Assembly (NCBI GenBank): GCA_045807565.1
Contig: JBJMHD010000125.1
Coordinates: forward strand, 22,254-86,253
DNA from: Acidimicrobiales bacterium
GTDB taxonomy: Bacteria; Actinomycetota; Acidimicrobiia; Acidimicrobiales; VFJN01
Direction: 5' to 3'
DNA: 64,000 nucleotides
Positions 52,961-63,268 of this stretch are shown here, piece after piece. Positions within the stretch are counted from its first letter, which is position 1, and every line of letters begins with the position of its first letter. Below the pieces are notes generated by a model. It made no database searches. It worked only from the letters and a program-made list of their open reading frames with translations, and had not been told where the DNA came from. The position numbers were made by a program, and so were the translations under genes.

Positions 52961-55900
52961 GTGTCGGCCTCGGGTCGTGCGGAACGCGGTGCTGGGGGAG
53001 CGAGCCACAGTCGCTCGACGAGGGCGTCGACGCCGAGCAGGAGCACCGCGAGGAGCGCGACGTGGTGCACGCGGTCGAGCTCCATCGGCCACTCGGTGCC
53101 GGGCGCGATGTGGTGGCGAGCCTGCTGGAGCACCACGTAGGCGCCGGTGGCCAGCGCGAGGAGCGGGCTCGCCGCCAGCAGCACCCACCGCCCACGGGGC
53201 CGGCGGGTGAGCACGATGACGGCGACCGGGAGCACCAGGGCCAGAACCGGTGGCAGCACGAGCAGGCCGGCGGTGGCGGCGATCACGGTGCCGACCGCGA
53301 CCGACCACGTCGAGGGTCGGTCGCCCTGGTAGCGGGCGGCGTCCAGGTCGATCTGCTGGGGCACGTCCGGCACCAGCCCGGGCGCGCGCCGGCCTCGCCA
53401 TGCCAGCACGAGGCACAACGCCGCCCCGAGCAGCGAGATGACGAGCGACGCCCGAACCCCGTCCTGCGGCTCGAACCGGAGGTCGACCACGGCCTTCCCG
53501 GAGCCGTCCAGGGGGACGCGCCAGCCGTTGGCGAACCCGTCGACGAGGACGGGCGCACCCAGGTCCTTGCCACCCTCGACGGTGGCGGACCAGCCGGGGC
53601 TGTAGCTCTGACCGAGGACGAGCCAGGCCGTGCTCCCCGGATCGCCGGACACCTCGACACGGTGGCCCGTGGAGGACGTGTCGCGCACGTGGACCTCAGG
53701 CGACGCTGGAGCGGGCACGGGGCCGGGCGCCCTCGGGGTGGACAGGACGAGGCGATCGAGATCGAGCCCGACGGTGGCGCCCATCGCCGAACGGAGCTCG
53801 TGCTCGCCCGTCGACAGGCCGAGCGGCCGTTCGCCGCACATCGCGACGTCGAGCGGGTCCCCGGCCAGCGCGTGGTCGGTGGATCCCGTGATCCGGATGG
53901 GCACCGGCTGACCGTCGACGGTGAGGAGGTCGCCCCGACACCCGGTGTCCAGGCGCTCGGTCGTGGGGGGCACCGACACCCCCGGGATCCCGAGCTCGGC
54001 GATGGCGACGGGCTGGGCGACCGGGCCACGCGTGTACCAGTCGACCGCCGTCTGCTCCCGCACCTTGGTGACGAGCACCCCGATGTCGCGCCCGGTCAGG
54101 GGACGGGGGAGCGGCACGGTGACGGTGTGGGTGGCGTTCGGGTCGGTGGCATCTGCGATCGGGGGCACGTCGACGGTCACCGGTGGGGCGCCGTCGGCCG
54201 TGACGGCGAGCTGGGTGGGCACGGAGTGGCGGCCGTCCGCCCGCACGGCGAGCTCGAGGTGGTCGAGGGTGATCGGGGCCTCGCGCTGGACGCGCAGGCC
54301 GTGCCCCGTGGGCGTGCCGCGCGGTGACATCCACGCGGTGGAGAGGTCGCCGTCGAGCGCGGCGGCGCCCGTCTCGGCGCGGCTGCCGGCGACCCGCCCC
54401 GTGCTCGTCACGTGCACGTCGGACGGGGGGCGCACCAGGGCGGTGAGGGCGTCGTCGGACGCCCGTGCCGAGAGGCGCGCCTGGCCGGTGACGCCGAACC
54501 CCAGCGGCGCCGGCAGGTCGAACAGCCGGGCGAGGGATCGCTCTTCGTCGTCGCGGATCGGGGTGGCGGGGTCCTGGCGGAGCCGCGAGAGCACGATCGC
54601 CACCGGGTGGTCTGCGACCCGGTCGCCGACCTTGTCGAGGAGGTCCACCGGCACGCGGATGAGCTCGTCGAGCACGAGGTGGTCGTCGTCGCCGATGCGC
54701 ACCTCGGCGAAGCCCACGCTGCTGTACCCGGCGTAGCGCACACGGGATCCGGCGTCATCGGCGACCACCTCGATCTCGAGGCGCGAGAACGTGCGCGTGG
54801 GGAACGTCACGAGCTGCCCGGGCTCGGTCAACGACGAGGCGTCGAGGTCCACCATCGTGGGGTCGCCCCCGTCGAAGCGCAGCTCCACGCGGGTGAGCCG
54901 GCGGTTCCCGGTGTCGAGCGGCTGCAGCAACCGGATGCGGTCGGTGGTCTCGGGGTCGTCGAGGTCGAGCTGGAGGCGCTCACCTCGAGCGTCGCTCAGC
55001 CCGGCGGCGCGCCACGCCGTCCGAGGGTCACCGTCCACCGCGGCCGCCGGGCGCGTGGCGGGCTCGAAGGTGACCCGGTTGCCGTAGGAGGTGGCGTTGG
55101 CGGTGATGCCACCTCGATGGACGGCGACGGTGCGGCCGTCGTCCCCGGCCCCGTCGAGGATCGGGAGGCGGTTGTCCGTGTGGTCGACCGCGAGCGGCTC
55201 GAGGCCGGCCGGCTCCGTGTACCCCTTGGTGTGGCGGATCGTCTGCCACCGCTCGCCGCGCCGCCGGTTGGTGTCGGTGACGAGCAGCACGGCGCCGTCG
55301 TCGAGCGCGGCGTCCACCTCGCGCCGGTCGAGGGTGGAGGAGAAGCGGATCAGCTCGGTGCCGTCGAGCCGCCCGGCGGCGGCGGCGTCGATCAGCCCGA
55401 AGGAGTCGCCCGCGACCAGCACCGGGCCGGCGGGGCTGTGGGCTGACAGCATCGACACGGGGTCGGTGACGGGAAAGGCGGCGAGCGACGGAGGGGTGGG
55501 GAGGTCGGCGTCGGTGAGCAGCCAGAGCTCGTCGTCGAGCGTGGCGCGCGGGTCGGTGGGGCTGTCGGCCGGTGGCCCGAACTCCGCGGGATCGCCGAGG
55601 CCCGGCGCGCTCGTCACGAGGGCCCACAGGTTCTTCGGCCTCGGCGTGTTGAACCGCTCGTAGGCGAGGTCGGAGCGCACGAGGACGTCGCCAGCCCGAA
55701 TCAGGCGTGCGATCGGCGCGATGGCCTCTGCGTCCATCGTGCGCTCCTGCAGCATCAGGTCGAACGCATCGAGCATCGCGGCGGACTCGGGTGGACCGAA
55801 CGGGATGAGCTCCCGGTAGGCGACGTCGCGCTCCACCAGCCCTGGGGTGATGGGGTCGACGGTGTTGCCCCACCGGTAGGACGCGAAGTCGTCCCCGGGG

Positions 55901-57291
55901 ATCTCGAGGACGTGGGTGGCCTGGTCGCCGGCGTCGAGGTGGGCGGCGGCTTCGGTCCAGTAGTCGGGGACCTCCTCGGGTCGCCGCAGGTTCCCGGGGA
56001 CGGTGTCACCGGTGAGGATCGTGGGCTGCGCCACGAGCACCAGCACCGCGATGCCGGCCGCCGCACCCCGACCGGCGGCGGGCCACCGGCGCAGGAGCGC
56101 GCCGACCCCCGCGCCGAGGAACACGCCCAGCCCCAGCACGAGGAGGGGCGCGGCGCGCGGGAGCGACCGCATGGCGAGGCCTCGCTCGGTGAGGAGGAAC
56201 GCCTTGATGGCTCGCCCGAGCGGTGACGGGTCGTCCCAGGGGTAGGGGCCGACCGCGACCACCAGGCCGAGCAGGACGAGCACCACGAAGTAGGCACGGT
56301 GGCGAAACCGTGCGATGGCGGCGGCCGTGAGCGCGAGCGTCGGGATGAGGTAGGTCGCGGCCAGCAGCCACAGCGACTGCGTGTACGCCACGCTCGGCTC
56401 GATCCACGGCCCGAGCCGATCCTCGCCGTAGAAGAACCAGTACCCGAGCCCGCGGAGCACCTCGTTGGCGGTGGAGGTGGTCGCGACCGATTCCGCGGTC
56501 TCGGAGTACCGCAGGACGTTGTTCCCGTACCCGGCCTGCACGGCCAACCCTGCCGCCCACCACGCGCTCACGAGGGCGGTGAGGACCCCGATGCGCGCCG
56601 CCACGGCCAGGCCGTCGCGGAGGCGCGCGGTGCGGACGACCCAGACCTCGTGGGCCAGCCACGCCACCGGTGCCAGGCCGACGAGGACGAGGGCGGTGAG
56701 GTTGAGGGAGCCGGCCGACGCCGCCACGAGGGCGAAGAGGGCCGGGTGGCGCCACCCGCGGCTGCGGAGGGCCAGCGCCGTCAGCAGGACCATCCAGGGG
56801 AGCGCGCTGTAGGCGAGCAGGATGCCGCTCAACCGCGCGATCAGCGACAGCACGTACGGCGTGAGCATGTACGTGGCGGCGGCCACGCCGGCGCTCTCGA
56901 CCCGCCAGCCGAGTCGGCGGAGGAGCACCATCACCCCGGCGCCCGCCGTGAAGAGGAGCGTGCCCCACCACAGGCGCTGGGCGACCCAGTCGGGCAGCCC
57001 GAGCGAGTCCATCGCCCAGTACCAGGGCCCGCTCGGCCACAGGTAGCCGATGTTCTGGTGGGGGACGTAGCCGAGCGCGATGTTCGGGTCCCACATCGAC
57101 GTGGCGCGCGCCACGAGCCGCCCGGGGTCGAGGTAGAGGTACGACTTGGTGTCGGCGCTGATCTGGCTGGGCGCCGTGAGCAGCAGGGGCACGTAGGCCA
57201 CCGCCGCCAGCGCGGCGGCGAGGGCGCGCCAGGGCCAGCGCGGGGGCGATCCGGGCGGGTGGGGCGAGCTGCTCGCGTCGGTGCCGCTCAC
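52957..57291 (-). CDS. AftD-like alpha-(1->3)-arabinofuranosyltransferase family protein (DUF3367) with C-terminal discoidin/CBM-like domains and a C-terminal TM bundle
   Basis: 1444 aa from GTG 57291. The N-terminus [29 protein letters not shown]...[15 protein letters not shown]...[17 protein letters not shown] aligns by eye with M. tuberculosis AftD (SPDTKLDL..FLARATNLW..NQAYGYLFPHG..GVPGWVTQRLWW). Also [12 protein letters not shown], and DGDPRTAW / LDGDLSTAW lectin-like motifs. Confidence 0.85.
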   Translation of the reverse strand: MSGTDASSSPHPPGSPPRWPWRALAAALAAVAYVPLLLTAPSQISADTKSYLYLDPGRLVARATSMWDPNIALGYVPHQNIGYLWPSGPWYWAMDSLGLPDWVAQRLWWGTLLFTAGAGVMVLLRRLGWRVESAGVAAATYMLTPYVLSLIARLSGILLAYSALPWMVLLTALALRSRGWRHPALFALVAASAGSLNLTALVLVGLAPVAWLAHEVWVVRTARLRDGLAVAARIGVLTALVSAWWAAGLAVQAGYGNNVLRYSETAESVATTSTANEVLRGLGYWFFYGEDRLGPWIEPSVAYTQSLWLLAATYLIPTLALTAAAIARFRHRAYFVVLVLLGLVVAVGPYPWDDPSPLGRAIKAFLLTERGLAMRSLPRAAPLLVLGLGVFLGAGVGALLRRWPAAGRGAAAGIAVLVLVAQPTILTGDTVPGNLRRPEEVPDYWTEAAAHLDAGDQATHVLEIPGDDFASYRWGNTVDPITPGLVERDVAYRELIPFGPPESAAMLDAFDLMLQERTMDAEAIAPIARLIRAGDVLVRSDLAYERFNTPRPKNLWALVTSAPGLGDPAEFGPPADSPTDPRATLDDELWLLTDADLPTPPSLAAFPVTDPVSMLSAHSPAGPVLVAGDSFGLIDAAAAGRLDGTELIRFSSTLDRREVDAALDDGAVLLVTDTNRRRGERWQTIRHTKGYTEPAGLEPLAVDHTDNRLPILDGAGDDGRTVAVHRGGITANATSYGNRVTFEPATRPAAAVDGDPRTAWRAAGLSDARGERLQLDLDDPETTDRIRLLQPLDTGNRRLTRVELRFDGGDPTMVDLDASSLTEPGQLVTFPTRTFSRLEIEVVADDAGSRVRYAGYSSVGFAEVRIGDDDHLVLDELIRVPVDLLDKVGDRVADHPVAIVLSRLRQDPATPIRDDEERSLARLFDLPAPLGFGVTGQARLSARASDDALTALVRPPSDVHVTSTGRVAGSRAETGAAALDGDLSTAWMSPRGTPTGHGLRVQREAPITLDHLELAVRADGRHSVPTQLAVTADGAPPVTVDVPPIADATDPNATHTVTVPLPRPLTGRDIGVLVTKVREQTAVDWYTRGPVAQPVAIAELGIPGVSVPPTTERLDTGCRGDLLTVDGQPVPIRITGSTDHALAGDPLDVAMCGERPLGLSTGEHELRSAMGATVGLDLDRLVLSTPRAPGPVPAPASPEVHVRDTSSTGHRVEVSGDPGSTAWLVLGQSYSPGWSATVEGGKDLGAPVLVDGFANGWRVPLDGSGKAVVDLRFEPQDGVRASLVISLLGAALCLVLAWRGRRAPGLVPDVPQQIDLDAARYQGDRPSTWSVAVGTVIAATAGLLVLPPVLALVLPVAVIVLTRRPRGRWVLLAASPLLALATGAYVVLQQARHHIAPGTEWPMELDRVHHVALLAVLLLGVDALVERLWLAPPAPRSARPEADT

Positions 57292-58490
57292 GAGCGGCGT
57301 CGGCGGCTGTCCTCGACCAGGAGGCGCATCATCTCCGTGGCGGTGGTGCCCCAGTCGAAGCGCTTGCTCGCCGCCAGCGCCGCGCTCCCCATCCGCGCAC
57401 GGCGCGCATGGTCGGTGAGGAGGTCGGTGAGGGCGCCGGGGAGCCCGTCGTCCGCGGTGAGCACGCCGGTCTCGCCGTGGACGACCACGTCGCGGTGGCC
57501 GCCGATGTCCGTGGCGACCGCGGGGGTGCCGCACGCGGCGGCCTCGGTGATCGACATGCCCCAGCCCTCGCGGAGCGAGGAGCTGGCCAGCACCCACGCC
57601 CGGCGGTACAGGTCGACCACCTCGTGGTCGCGCAGGCGGCCGGGCAGCGACACCCACTCGTCGGCGCCGAGCTCGGCCACCACCGCCTCGAGCGGCGTGC
57701 GCTCGTACCCCTCACCGGCGATCACCAGCTGGAGGTCGGGGATCGTGGCGCGGGCGGCGGCGGCCGCTCGGATCAGCAGGTGGAAGCGCTTCACGGGCAC
57801 GAGGCGGCCGACCGCGACGATGAGCGGGTGGGGGGAGCGCTCGGAGGGGTCCCCCGGCGTGAACCGCGGGTCGATGCCGTTCGGCACGACGGTGATGCGC
57901 TCGTCGGGGATGCCGAGCTCCACCAGGTCGTCGCGGCTGGACCACGACGGCGTGGCGATGGTGGAGCGCCGGTAGAACGGCGGCGCGATGCGCCGTTCGA
58001 GGACGTCGCCGAGCCGCGCCAGGCGCGGGGGCAGCGTCATCCCCCACATGTCCTTGTGCACGTGGTGGACGAACACCAGCCGCGGGCCACGCGCCCACAG
58101 CGGCGAGAGGAACGGGACGCCGTTCCACACCTCGACCAGGGCGTCCCGTGGCCCGTGGCGCCCGGTGGCCTCGTTGATGATGGACCGCGGGAACACGAGG
58201 TAGCGACCGGCCCGCCGCACCACCACGTAGCCGTGCCTGCTCCCGAAGGGGGAGTGTCCCGGAGCGAACGACGTGCGGAGGGTGACCTCGACCCCGGCGG
58301 CCGCCCAGTGGCGAGCCACGTGGTCGATGTGGACCTCGGACCCGCCCGCCTCGACGTCGGCGAGGTCGCGCCACGCGAGCACGTGGACGCGCTCGATCCC
58401 GGCCTCGGCCGCCAGGTCGCCGATCTTGGCGACGTGGCCGTCGGCTGGCCGCGACGCGGGGTCCGAAGGGGGGCGGCGGGGCTCAGACAT
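57288..58490 (-). CDS. GT4-family (GT-B, retaining) glycosyltransferase
   Basis: 400 aa from ATG 58490. GGSEVHI, C-terminal EGWGMSITEAAACGTPAVATDIGGHRDVV (E-x7-E region). Confidence 0.85.
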   Translation of the reverse strand: MSEPRRPPSDPASRPADGHVAKIGDLAAEAGIERVHVLAWRDLADVEAGGSEVHIDHVARHWAAAGVEVTLRTSFAPGHSPFGSRHGYVVVRRAGRYLVFPRSIINEATGRHGPRDALVEVWNGVPFLSPLWARGPRLVFVHHVHKDMWGMTLPPRLARLGDVLERRIAPPFYRRSTIATPSWSSRDDLVELGIPDERITVVPNGIDPRFTPGDPSERSPHPLIVAVGRLVPVKRFHLLIRAAAAARATIPDLQLVIAGEGYERTPLEAVVAELGADEWVSLPGRLRDHEVVDLYRRAWVLASSSLREGWGMSITEAAACGTPAVATDIGGHRDVVVHGETGVLTADDGLPGALTDLLTDHARRARMGSAALAASKRFDWGTTATEMMRLLVEDSRRRRS

Positions 58491-58551
58491 GGGCGCGCCG
58501 CATGCTAGAACTCGTGGGATCGGGCCCCAAGGACCCCTTCCGGAGCACCCA

Positions 58552-59340
58552 GTGGACCCCGCCGAACCCCAGCTCGACCGCCCTGCGGCGACCGCCGCAC
58601 CCGCTTCCCTCGACGAGGTCCGGGCGGCGACGTCGACGGTCGAGGGGTGGCTGTCCGATGACCAGCTCGTGCGGCTCCACGACGCCGCCCGAGCCGTGCC
58701 GGCCGGAGGCCGCATCGTGGAGATCGGGAGCTTCCGGGGGCGCTCCACCATCGTCCTGGCCGCCTCCGCCCCCCACGCCGGCGAGGTCGTCGCCATCGAC
58801 CCCCATGCCGGCAACGACAGGGGCCCGCAGGAGATCGACGGCTTCGCCGAAGCGGCCAACGAGGACCACGCCGTGTTCCTGGCCAACCTCGAGGGCGCGG
58901 GCGTGCGCGACGCGGTGCGCCACGTCCGCAAGCGCTCCGACGACGCTCTCGTCGACGTGGACGGCGATGTCGACCTGCTCTACATCGATGGGGCACACCG
59001 CTACGCGCCGGCGCGGGACGACCTCCAGCGGTGGGGGGCGCGGGTCCGGCCCGGGGGCACGCTGCTCATCCACGACGCCTTCAGCTCGGTGGGCGTCACC
59101 CTTGCGCTGGCGCGGACGATGTTCGTGACACGCCGGTTCCGCTACGTCGGGCGATCGCGCAGCCTGGCCGAGTACCGCGCCGTGACCGCCGCCGGCCCCG
59201 ACCGCCTGGCGTCCACGGCGGCCCAGGTCGCCCAGCTGCCGTGGTTCGCACGGAACCTCCTGGTGAAGGTCCTGTTGGTCGCCCACCTCGGTCGTGTGGC
59301 GCGGTTGCTCGGTCACGACGGCGAGACGTGGCCGTACTGA
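58552..59340 (+). CDS. class I SAM-dependent methyltransferase (Methyltransf_24-like)
   Basis: GTG 58552 with ggag 7 nt upstream is preferred. ATG 58489 would overlap the divergent start codon. VEGWLSDDQLVRLH, IVEIGSFRGRS, LLYIDGAH. Confidence 0.7.
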   Translation: MDPAEPQLDRPAATAAPASLDEVRAATSTVEGWLSDDQLVRLHDAARAVPAGGRIVEIGSFRGRSTIVLAASAPHAGEVVAIDPHAGNDRGPQEIDGFAEAANEDHAVFLANLEGAGVRDAVRHVRKRSDDALVDVDGDVDLLYIDGAHRYAPARDDLQRWGARVRPGGTLLIHDAFSSVGVTLALARTMFVTRRFRYVGRSRSLAEYRAVTAAGPDRLASTAAQVAQLPWFARNLLVKVLLVAHLGRVARLLGHDGETWPY

Positions 59341-60110
59341 GCACCTCCGTGGCCACCGCCTCCGTCGATGATCCGCCCCTCACCGGGCTGGCACGGGTGA
59401 AGACCCTGTGGTCGCTGTTCCGGAACGAGCGGGACGACCCGGAGCCCTTCTACTCGCTCCTCGCCGCCGAGGCGGTGCGCGACCTCGACGCCCGCCACGG
59501 GCCCCTGCGCGGGCAGCGCGTCCTCGACCTCGGCTGTGGGCCCGGCTGGTACGCCCGCGCCCTCCGAGACCGCGGTGCGATCGTCACGCCGCTCGACGGC
59601 GATGCCGAGGAGCTCCTCACCAGCGGCCGGGCTCCGTGGGGGAGCCTCCTGGGCGACGCTGCCCGGCTCCCGTTCCCGACCGCCTGCGCCGACGGCGTGT
59701 TCTGCTCGAACCTGCTCGAGCACGCCAGCGACACGCGAGGCGTCCTCGAGGAGATCGGCCGAGTGCTGCGCCCCGGCGGCTGGGCCTACGTGTCGTGGAC
59801 CAACTGGTACTCGCCCTGGGGCGGGCACGACATGACCCCGTGGCACCTGCTCGGCCCGGAGCGCGGGCCGCGCCTGTACGAGCGGCGCCATGGCCCTCCC
59901 CGCAAGAACCGCTACGGCGAGGGCCTCTTCGCCGTGCACATCGGGCCCACGCTGCGCCTCGTCGACGAGATCGCCACGTTGCGGCTCGAGCGGGCGGAGC
60001 CGCGCTACTGGCCCTGGGCCCGCCCGATCCTCGCTGTCCCCGGTGCCCGCGAGCTCCTCACCTGGAACTGCGTGCTGCGGCTGCGACGGGTGGCCGATCC
60101 TCAGGCCTGA
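59328..60110 (+). CDS. class I SAM-dependent methyltransferase (Methyltransf_11-like)
   Basis: VLDLGCGPGWYA (motif I), LRPGGWAYVS. Start GTG 59328 overlaps the upstream gene by 13 nt; it is uncertain. Confidence 0.8.
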   Translation: MAVLSTSVATASVDDPPLTGLARVKTLWSLFRNERDDPEPFYSLLAAEAVRDLDARHGPLRGQRVLDLGCGPGWYARALRDRGAIVTPLDGDAEELLTSGRAPWGSLLGDAARLPFPTACADGVFCSNLLEHASDTRGVLEEIGRVLRPGGWAYVSWTNWYSPWGGHDMTPWHLLGPERGPRLYERRHGPPRKNRYGEGLFAVHIGPTLRLVDEIATLRLERAEPRYWPWARPILAVPGARELLTWNCVLRLRRVADPQA

Positions 60111-61618
60111 GTGGTGGGGCGGGGGAGGATCGGGGCGTCGCGGCCGGTGCCGCTGCGGCCGCTGCCCGACGCCTCCTCGTGGTACTCCTCCTCGACGTTC
60201 ACCGACCAGATGTCGTGGGCGGTGCCCTCGACGATGTTCTCCACGGTGAGCATCGCGGTGTACATCGAGTGGTCCTGGTTGTTGTACCGGTGCATGCCGT
60301 TGCGACCGATCGGGTGGACGTTCGGCGTGTTCTCCTGGAGCCAGGAGCGGAGCACGTCCACGTTGGCGGCGTACTCCTCGTCGTACACCGGGTACGCCTT
60401 CGGCATGCGCACCACGTAGCCAGCCTCGACGTCGACAGCGCGCATGAGCCCGAGCTGCTCGAGCTCCGCCTTGCCCTTCTCGACCAGCTCGGCGTCGGTG
60501 GCGTTCCACCACTCGTCGCCCTCCATCACGGTGTACTCGAGGCCGAGGACGTTGCGCCCGTCCTTCACCAGGTACGGCGACCACGAGCCGAAGTTCTGGA
60601 CGCGCATCGTCTTCACGCCAGGGTCGTGGATGTAGATCCAGTTGTCGGTCCAGGCCACCTTGTCCTCGGGGACGACGAGGGCGACGGACAGGAAGTCGCG
60701 GAAGTGGAGGGCGTCGGCGGCCGCCTGCACGTCGGCGGGGACCGGCGGGTCCATGGCCCGCAGGAGGGCGTTGAACGGCATCGACGAGATGATGTGGTCG
60801 GCCTCGTAGACGGCATCTCCAGCGGTGACCGAGGTGGCACGTCCGCCTCCGTGGGCGATGCGGGTGACCTTGGCGTCGAAGATCACCTTCGACCCCTGCT
60901 GCTCGACGAGCTCGTGGCAGCGCTCCCACATCATCCCGGGCCCGAGCTTCGGGTACTGGAACTCCTCGATGAGGCTCGTGACCTGCTGCGACGTGCCTCG
61001 CCGCCCGGCGAACCGCGCTCGCACGGGCTCCCACACCGCGCTCCACAGCGTCATGCCCTTGATCCGCTGCGCGCCCCACTCCGCCGAGATCTTGTCGGGC
61101 GGCACGCCCCAGACCTTGGTGCTGTAGGTCTTGAAGAAGTGGCCGTAGAGCCGCCAGCCGTAGTTGGCCACGACGTACCCCTCGAGCGTGGAGGTGTCCT
61201 TGGGCGGTCGGATGCGCACCCAGAGGAACGACAGACCGCAGCGCAGCGCCTCGATGACCCCGAGGGTGCGCAGGGCGGCGAAGGGCTTCAGCGGGTAGTC
61301 GAAGAAGTCGCCCTGGTAGTAGATGCGGCTCGACCGAGGGCGGAGCATGAAGTCCTCGTCGGGGAGGATCTCGTGCCAGAGCGCCTCGACCTCGGGCACC
61401 TTGGTGAAGAACCGGTGCCCGCCGATGTCGAAGCGGTACCCGTCCCGCACCACGGTGCGGCTGATGCCCCCGACGACGTCGTCGCCCTCGAGCACGACGC
61501 TCGACTGTCCTGCCTTGCCCAGCTCGTACGCCGCGGTGAGGCCGGCCGGACCGGCCCCGATCACCACCACGCTGCGATCGGGGGCGGGGGACGGGTCGGT
61601 GGGGGGTGCGGTGGACAC
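60101..61618 (-). CDS. FAD-dependent oxidoreductase of the UDP-galactopyranose-mutase-like / amine-oxidase superfamily
   Basis: 505 aa from GTG 61618. VVVIGAGPAGLTAAYEL, GGHRFF, FFKTYSTKVWGVPPDKIS (compare the Glf YTxKQWxxxPxEL region), YPVYD...GRNGMHRYNNQDHSM (compare Glf GRLGxYxYxDM). Confidence 0.75.
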   Translation of the reverse strand: MSTAPPTDPSPAPDRSVVVIGAGPAGLTAAYELGKAGQSSVVLEGDDVVGGISRTVVRDGYRFDIGGHRFFTKVPEVEALWHEILPDEDFMLRPRSSRIYYQGDFFDYPLKPFAALRTLGVIEALRCGLSFLWVRIRPPKDTSTLEGYVVANYGWRLYGHFFKTYSTKVWGVPPDKISAEWGAQRIKGMTLWSAVWEPVRARFAGRRGTSQQVTSLIEEFQYPKLGPGMMWERCHELVEQQGSKVIFDAKVTRIAHGGGRATSVTAGDAVYEADHIISSMPFNALLRAMDPPVPADVQAAADALHFRDFLSVALVVPEDKVAWTDNWIYIHDPGVKTMRVQNFGSWSPYLVKDGRNVLGLEYTVMEGDEWWNATDAELVEKGKAELEQLGLMRAVDVEAGYVVRMPKAYPVYDEEYAANVDVLRSWLQENTPNVHPIGRNGMHRYNNQDHSMYTAMLTVENIVEGTAHDIWSVNVEEEYHEEASGSGRSGTGRDAPILPRPTTQA

Positions 61619-61721
61619 GATGGGCAGGGCTCCGGGAGGGTGGCGTGACGCGGGCGGTGGCCGGTCGAGTGTAGAGGAGGTGGTTCGGCGGGCCCGAGCC
61701 CGCCCGATAGGGTCGGCCGCC

Positions 61722-63230
61722 GTGCGAATCGGGCCGGCGTGGATCCGTCGGGGCGCGGTGGCGGGGGTCGCGCTCGCCGTCATCGTCGGCATCGTCGTCC
61801 GGTTCACGACCACGAGCCCCCTGTGGCTCGACGAGGCGCTGTCGGTGAACATCGCGTCGCTCCCGCTGGGCGACATCCCCGCCGCGCTCCGGCACGACGG
61901 GCACCCGCCCCTCTACTACTGGATGCTCCACGGCTGGATCGCGGCCTTCGGCGACGGCGACGTCGCCGTGCGGTCGCTGTCGGGGGTCATCGGCGTGGCG
62001 ACGCTCCCGTTGGCGTGGGTGGCCGGCCGGCTCCTGGGTGGGCGACGGTTGGCGGCGGTCACGCTCGTGGTGGTCTCGCTGTCGCCGTACATGGTGCGCT
62101 ACTCCACCGAGGCACGCATGTACAGCCTCGTGATGCTGCTGGTGCTCGCCGGCTACATCGCGATCGTGAAGCTGCGGCGCGGTGCGCCGTGGGGCTGGCT
62201 GGTCGTGTTCGGGGCGACCGCCGCGCTGCTCCCGTGGACGCACTACTGGGGCCTGTACCTCGTCATCACGGTGGGGATGCTGCTCGTGTGGTCCTGGTGG
62301 CGACAGCCGGACGAGCGCGCCTGGGCGGGGCCCGCCATCGTCACGCTGGGCGTGAGCCTCCTGCCCTTCGTCCTGTGGCTCCCGGTGGTGCTCGACCAGG
62401 CGGCTCACACGGGAACGCCCTGGGCCACGCCGGCGCGCCCCACGCGGGTGCTCGTGGAGACGCTCGAGACCATGGGTGGCGGTGCGTTCCCCGAGGCCGA
62501 GACCTACGGCATCCTCATCGTCCTGCTCGGCGTCCTGGCCGCCTGCACGTCGGACGCCGAGGGCCGGCTCGTCATCGCCAACGGCGTGGTCGCGCCCATG
62601 CGGCGCATCGTCTTCACCGTCGTCGCGGCCATGGGCGTCGGCACGCTGGCGGGCCTGCTCGGCGGCGCGGGGTACGCCGGCCGCTACGCCGCGATCGTGG
62701 TCCCGCTCATCCTGCTCATCGTCGCGAGCGCGCTCACGCGACAGGGCGCCCCGCTCCTGCTGGGCGGGCTGGGCGTGCTCCTCGTCGGCCTGGCCCTCGT
62801 CTCCATCGGTCACAACGTCACGGACAAGCGGACCCATGCCGGGGTGATGGCCGACCTGATCGCCGCCGACGTCGAGCCCGACGACGTCGTGGTCGTGTGC
62901 CCGGACCAGCTGGGGCCCAGCGTGGCCCGAGCCATGGAGCAGAAGGGGCTGGACCCACCGGTGCCCTACCCCGCGGCCGGCGATCCCCGGTTCGTGGACT
63001 GGCGCGACTACGCAGAGCGGAACGCGGCCGCCGACCCGGTGGCCTTCGCCGACGACATCCTCGAGCGCGCGGGCGACGGCAGGATCTGGCTGGTCTCCTT
63101 CGACGGCTACCGGACGTTCGAGGGACAGTGCGCGGCGGTCGCGGCGCGGATCGCGCAGAGCCGTCCGCTCACCGAGCTGGAGGCGCCCGAGGACGCGTTC
63201 GAACCGGCTCAGCTGCAGCGGTTCGGCTGA
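61722..63230 (+). CDS. GT-C glycosyltransferase (PMT_2 / GT39-like mannosyltransferase type)
   Basis: 502 aa from GTG 61722. SPLWLDEALSVNIA...DGHPPLYYWMLHGW first-loop motif, about 11 TM segments, C-terminal soluble domain. Confidence 0.75.
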   Translation: MRIGPAWIRRGAVAGVALAVIVGIVVRFTTTSPLWLDEALSVNIASLPLGDIPAALRHDGHPPLYYWMLHGWIAAFGDGDVAVRSLSGVIGVATLPLAWVAGRLLGGRRLAAVTLVVVSLSPYMVRYSTEARMYSLVMLLVLAGYIAIVKLRRGAPWGWLVVFGATAALLPWTHYWGLYLVITVGMLLVWSWWRQPDERAWAGPAIVTLGVSLLPFVLWLPVVLDQAAHTGTPWATPARPTRVLVETLETMGGGAFPEAETYGILIVLLGVLAACTSDAEGRLVIANGVVAPMRRIVFTVVAAMGVGTLAGLLGGAGYAGRYAAIVVPLILLIVASALTRQGAPLLLGGLGVLLVGLALVSIGHNVTDKRTHAGVMADLIAADVEPDDVVVVCPDQLGPSVARAMEQKGLDPPVPYPAAGDPRFVDWRDYAERNAAADPVAFADDILERAGDGRIWLVSFDGYRTFEGQCAAVAARIAQSRPLTELEAPEDAFEPAQLQRFG

Positions 63231-63268
63231 TCCGCGGCGGCCACGCCGCCATCGGACAGACTGATGGG

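Noticed and set aside
58489-58551. ATG 58489 as the start of the first methyltransferase
   Set aside because: It would overlap the divergent GT4 start codon (58488-58490) by 2 nt and leave no promoter space. GTG 58552 has a GGAG RBS at proper spacing. ATG 58489 is kept as the alternative.
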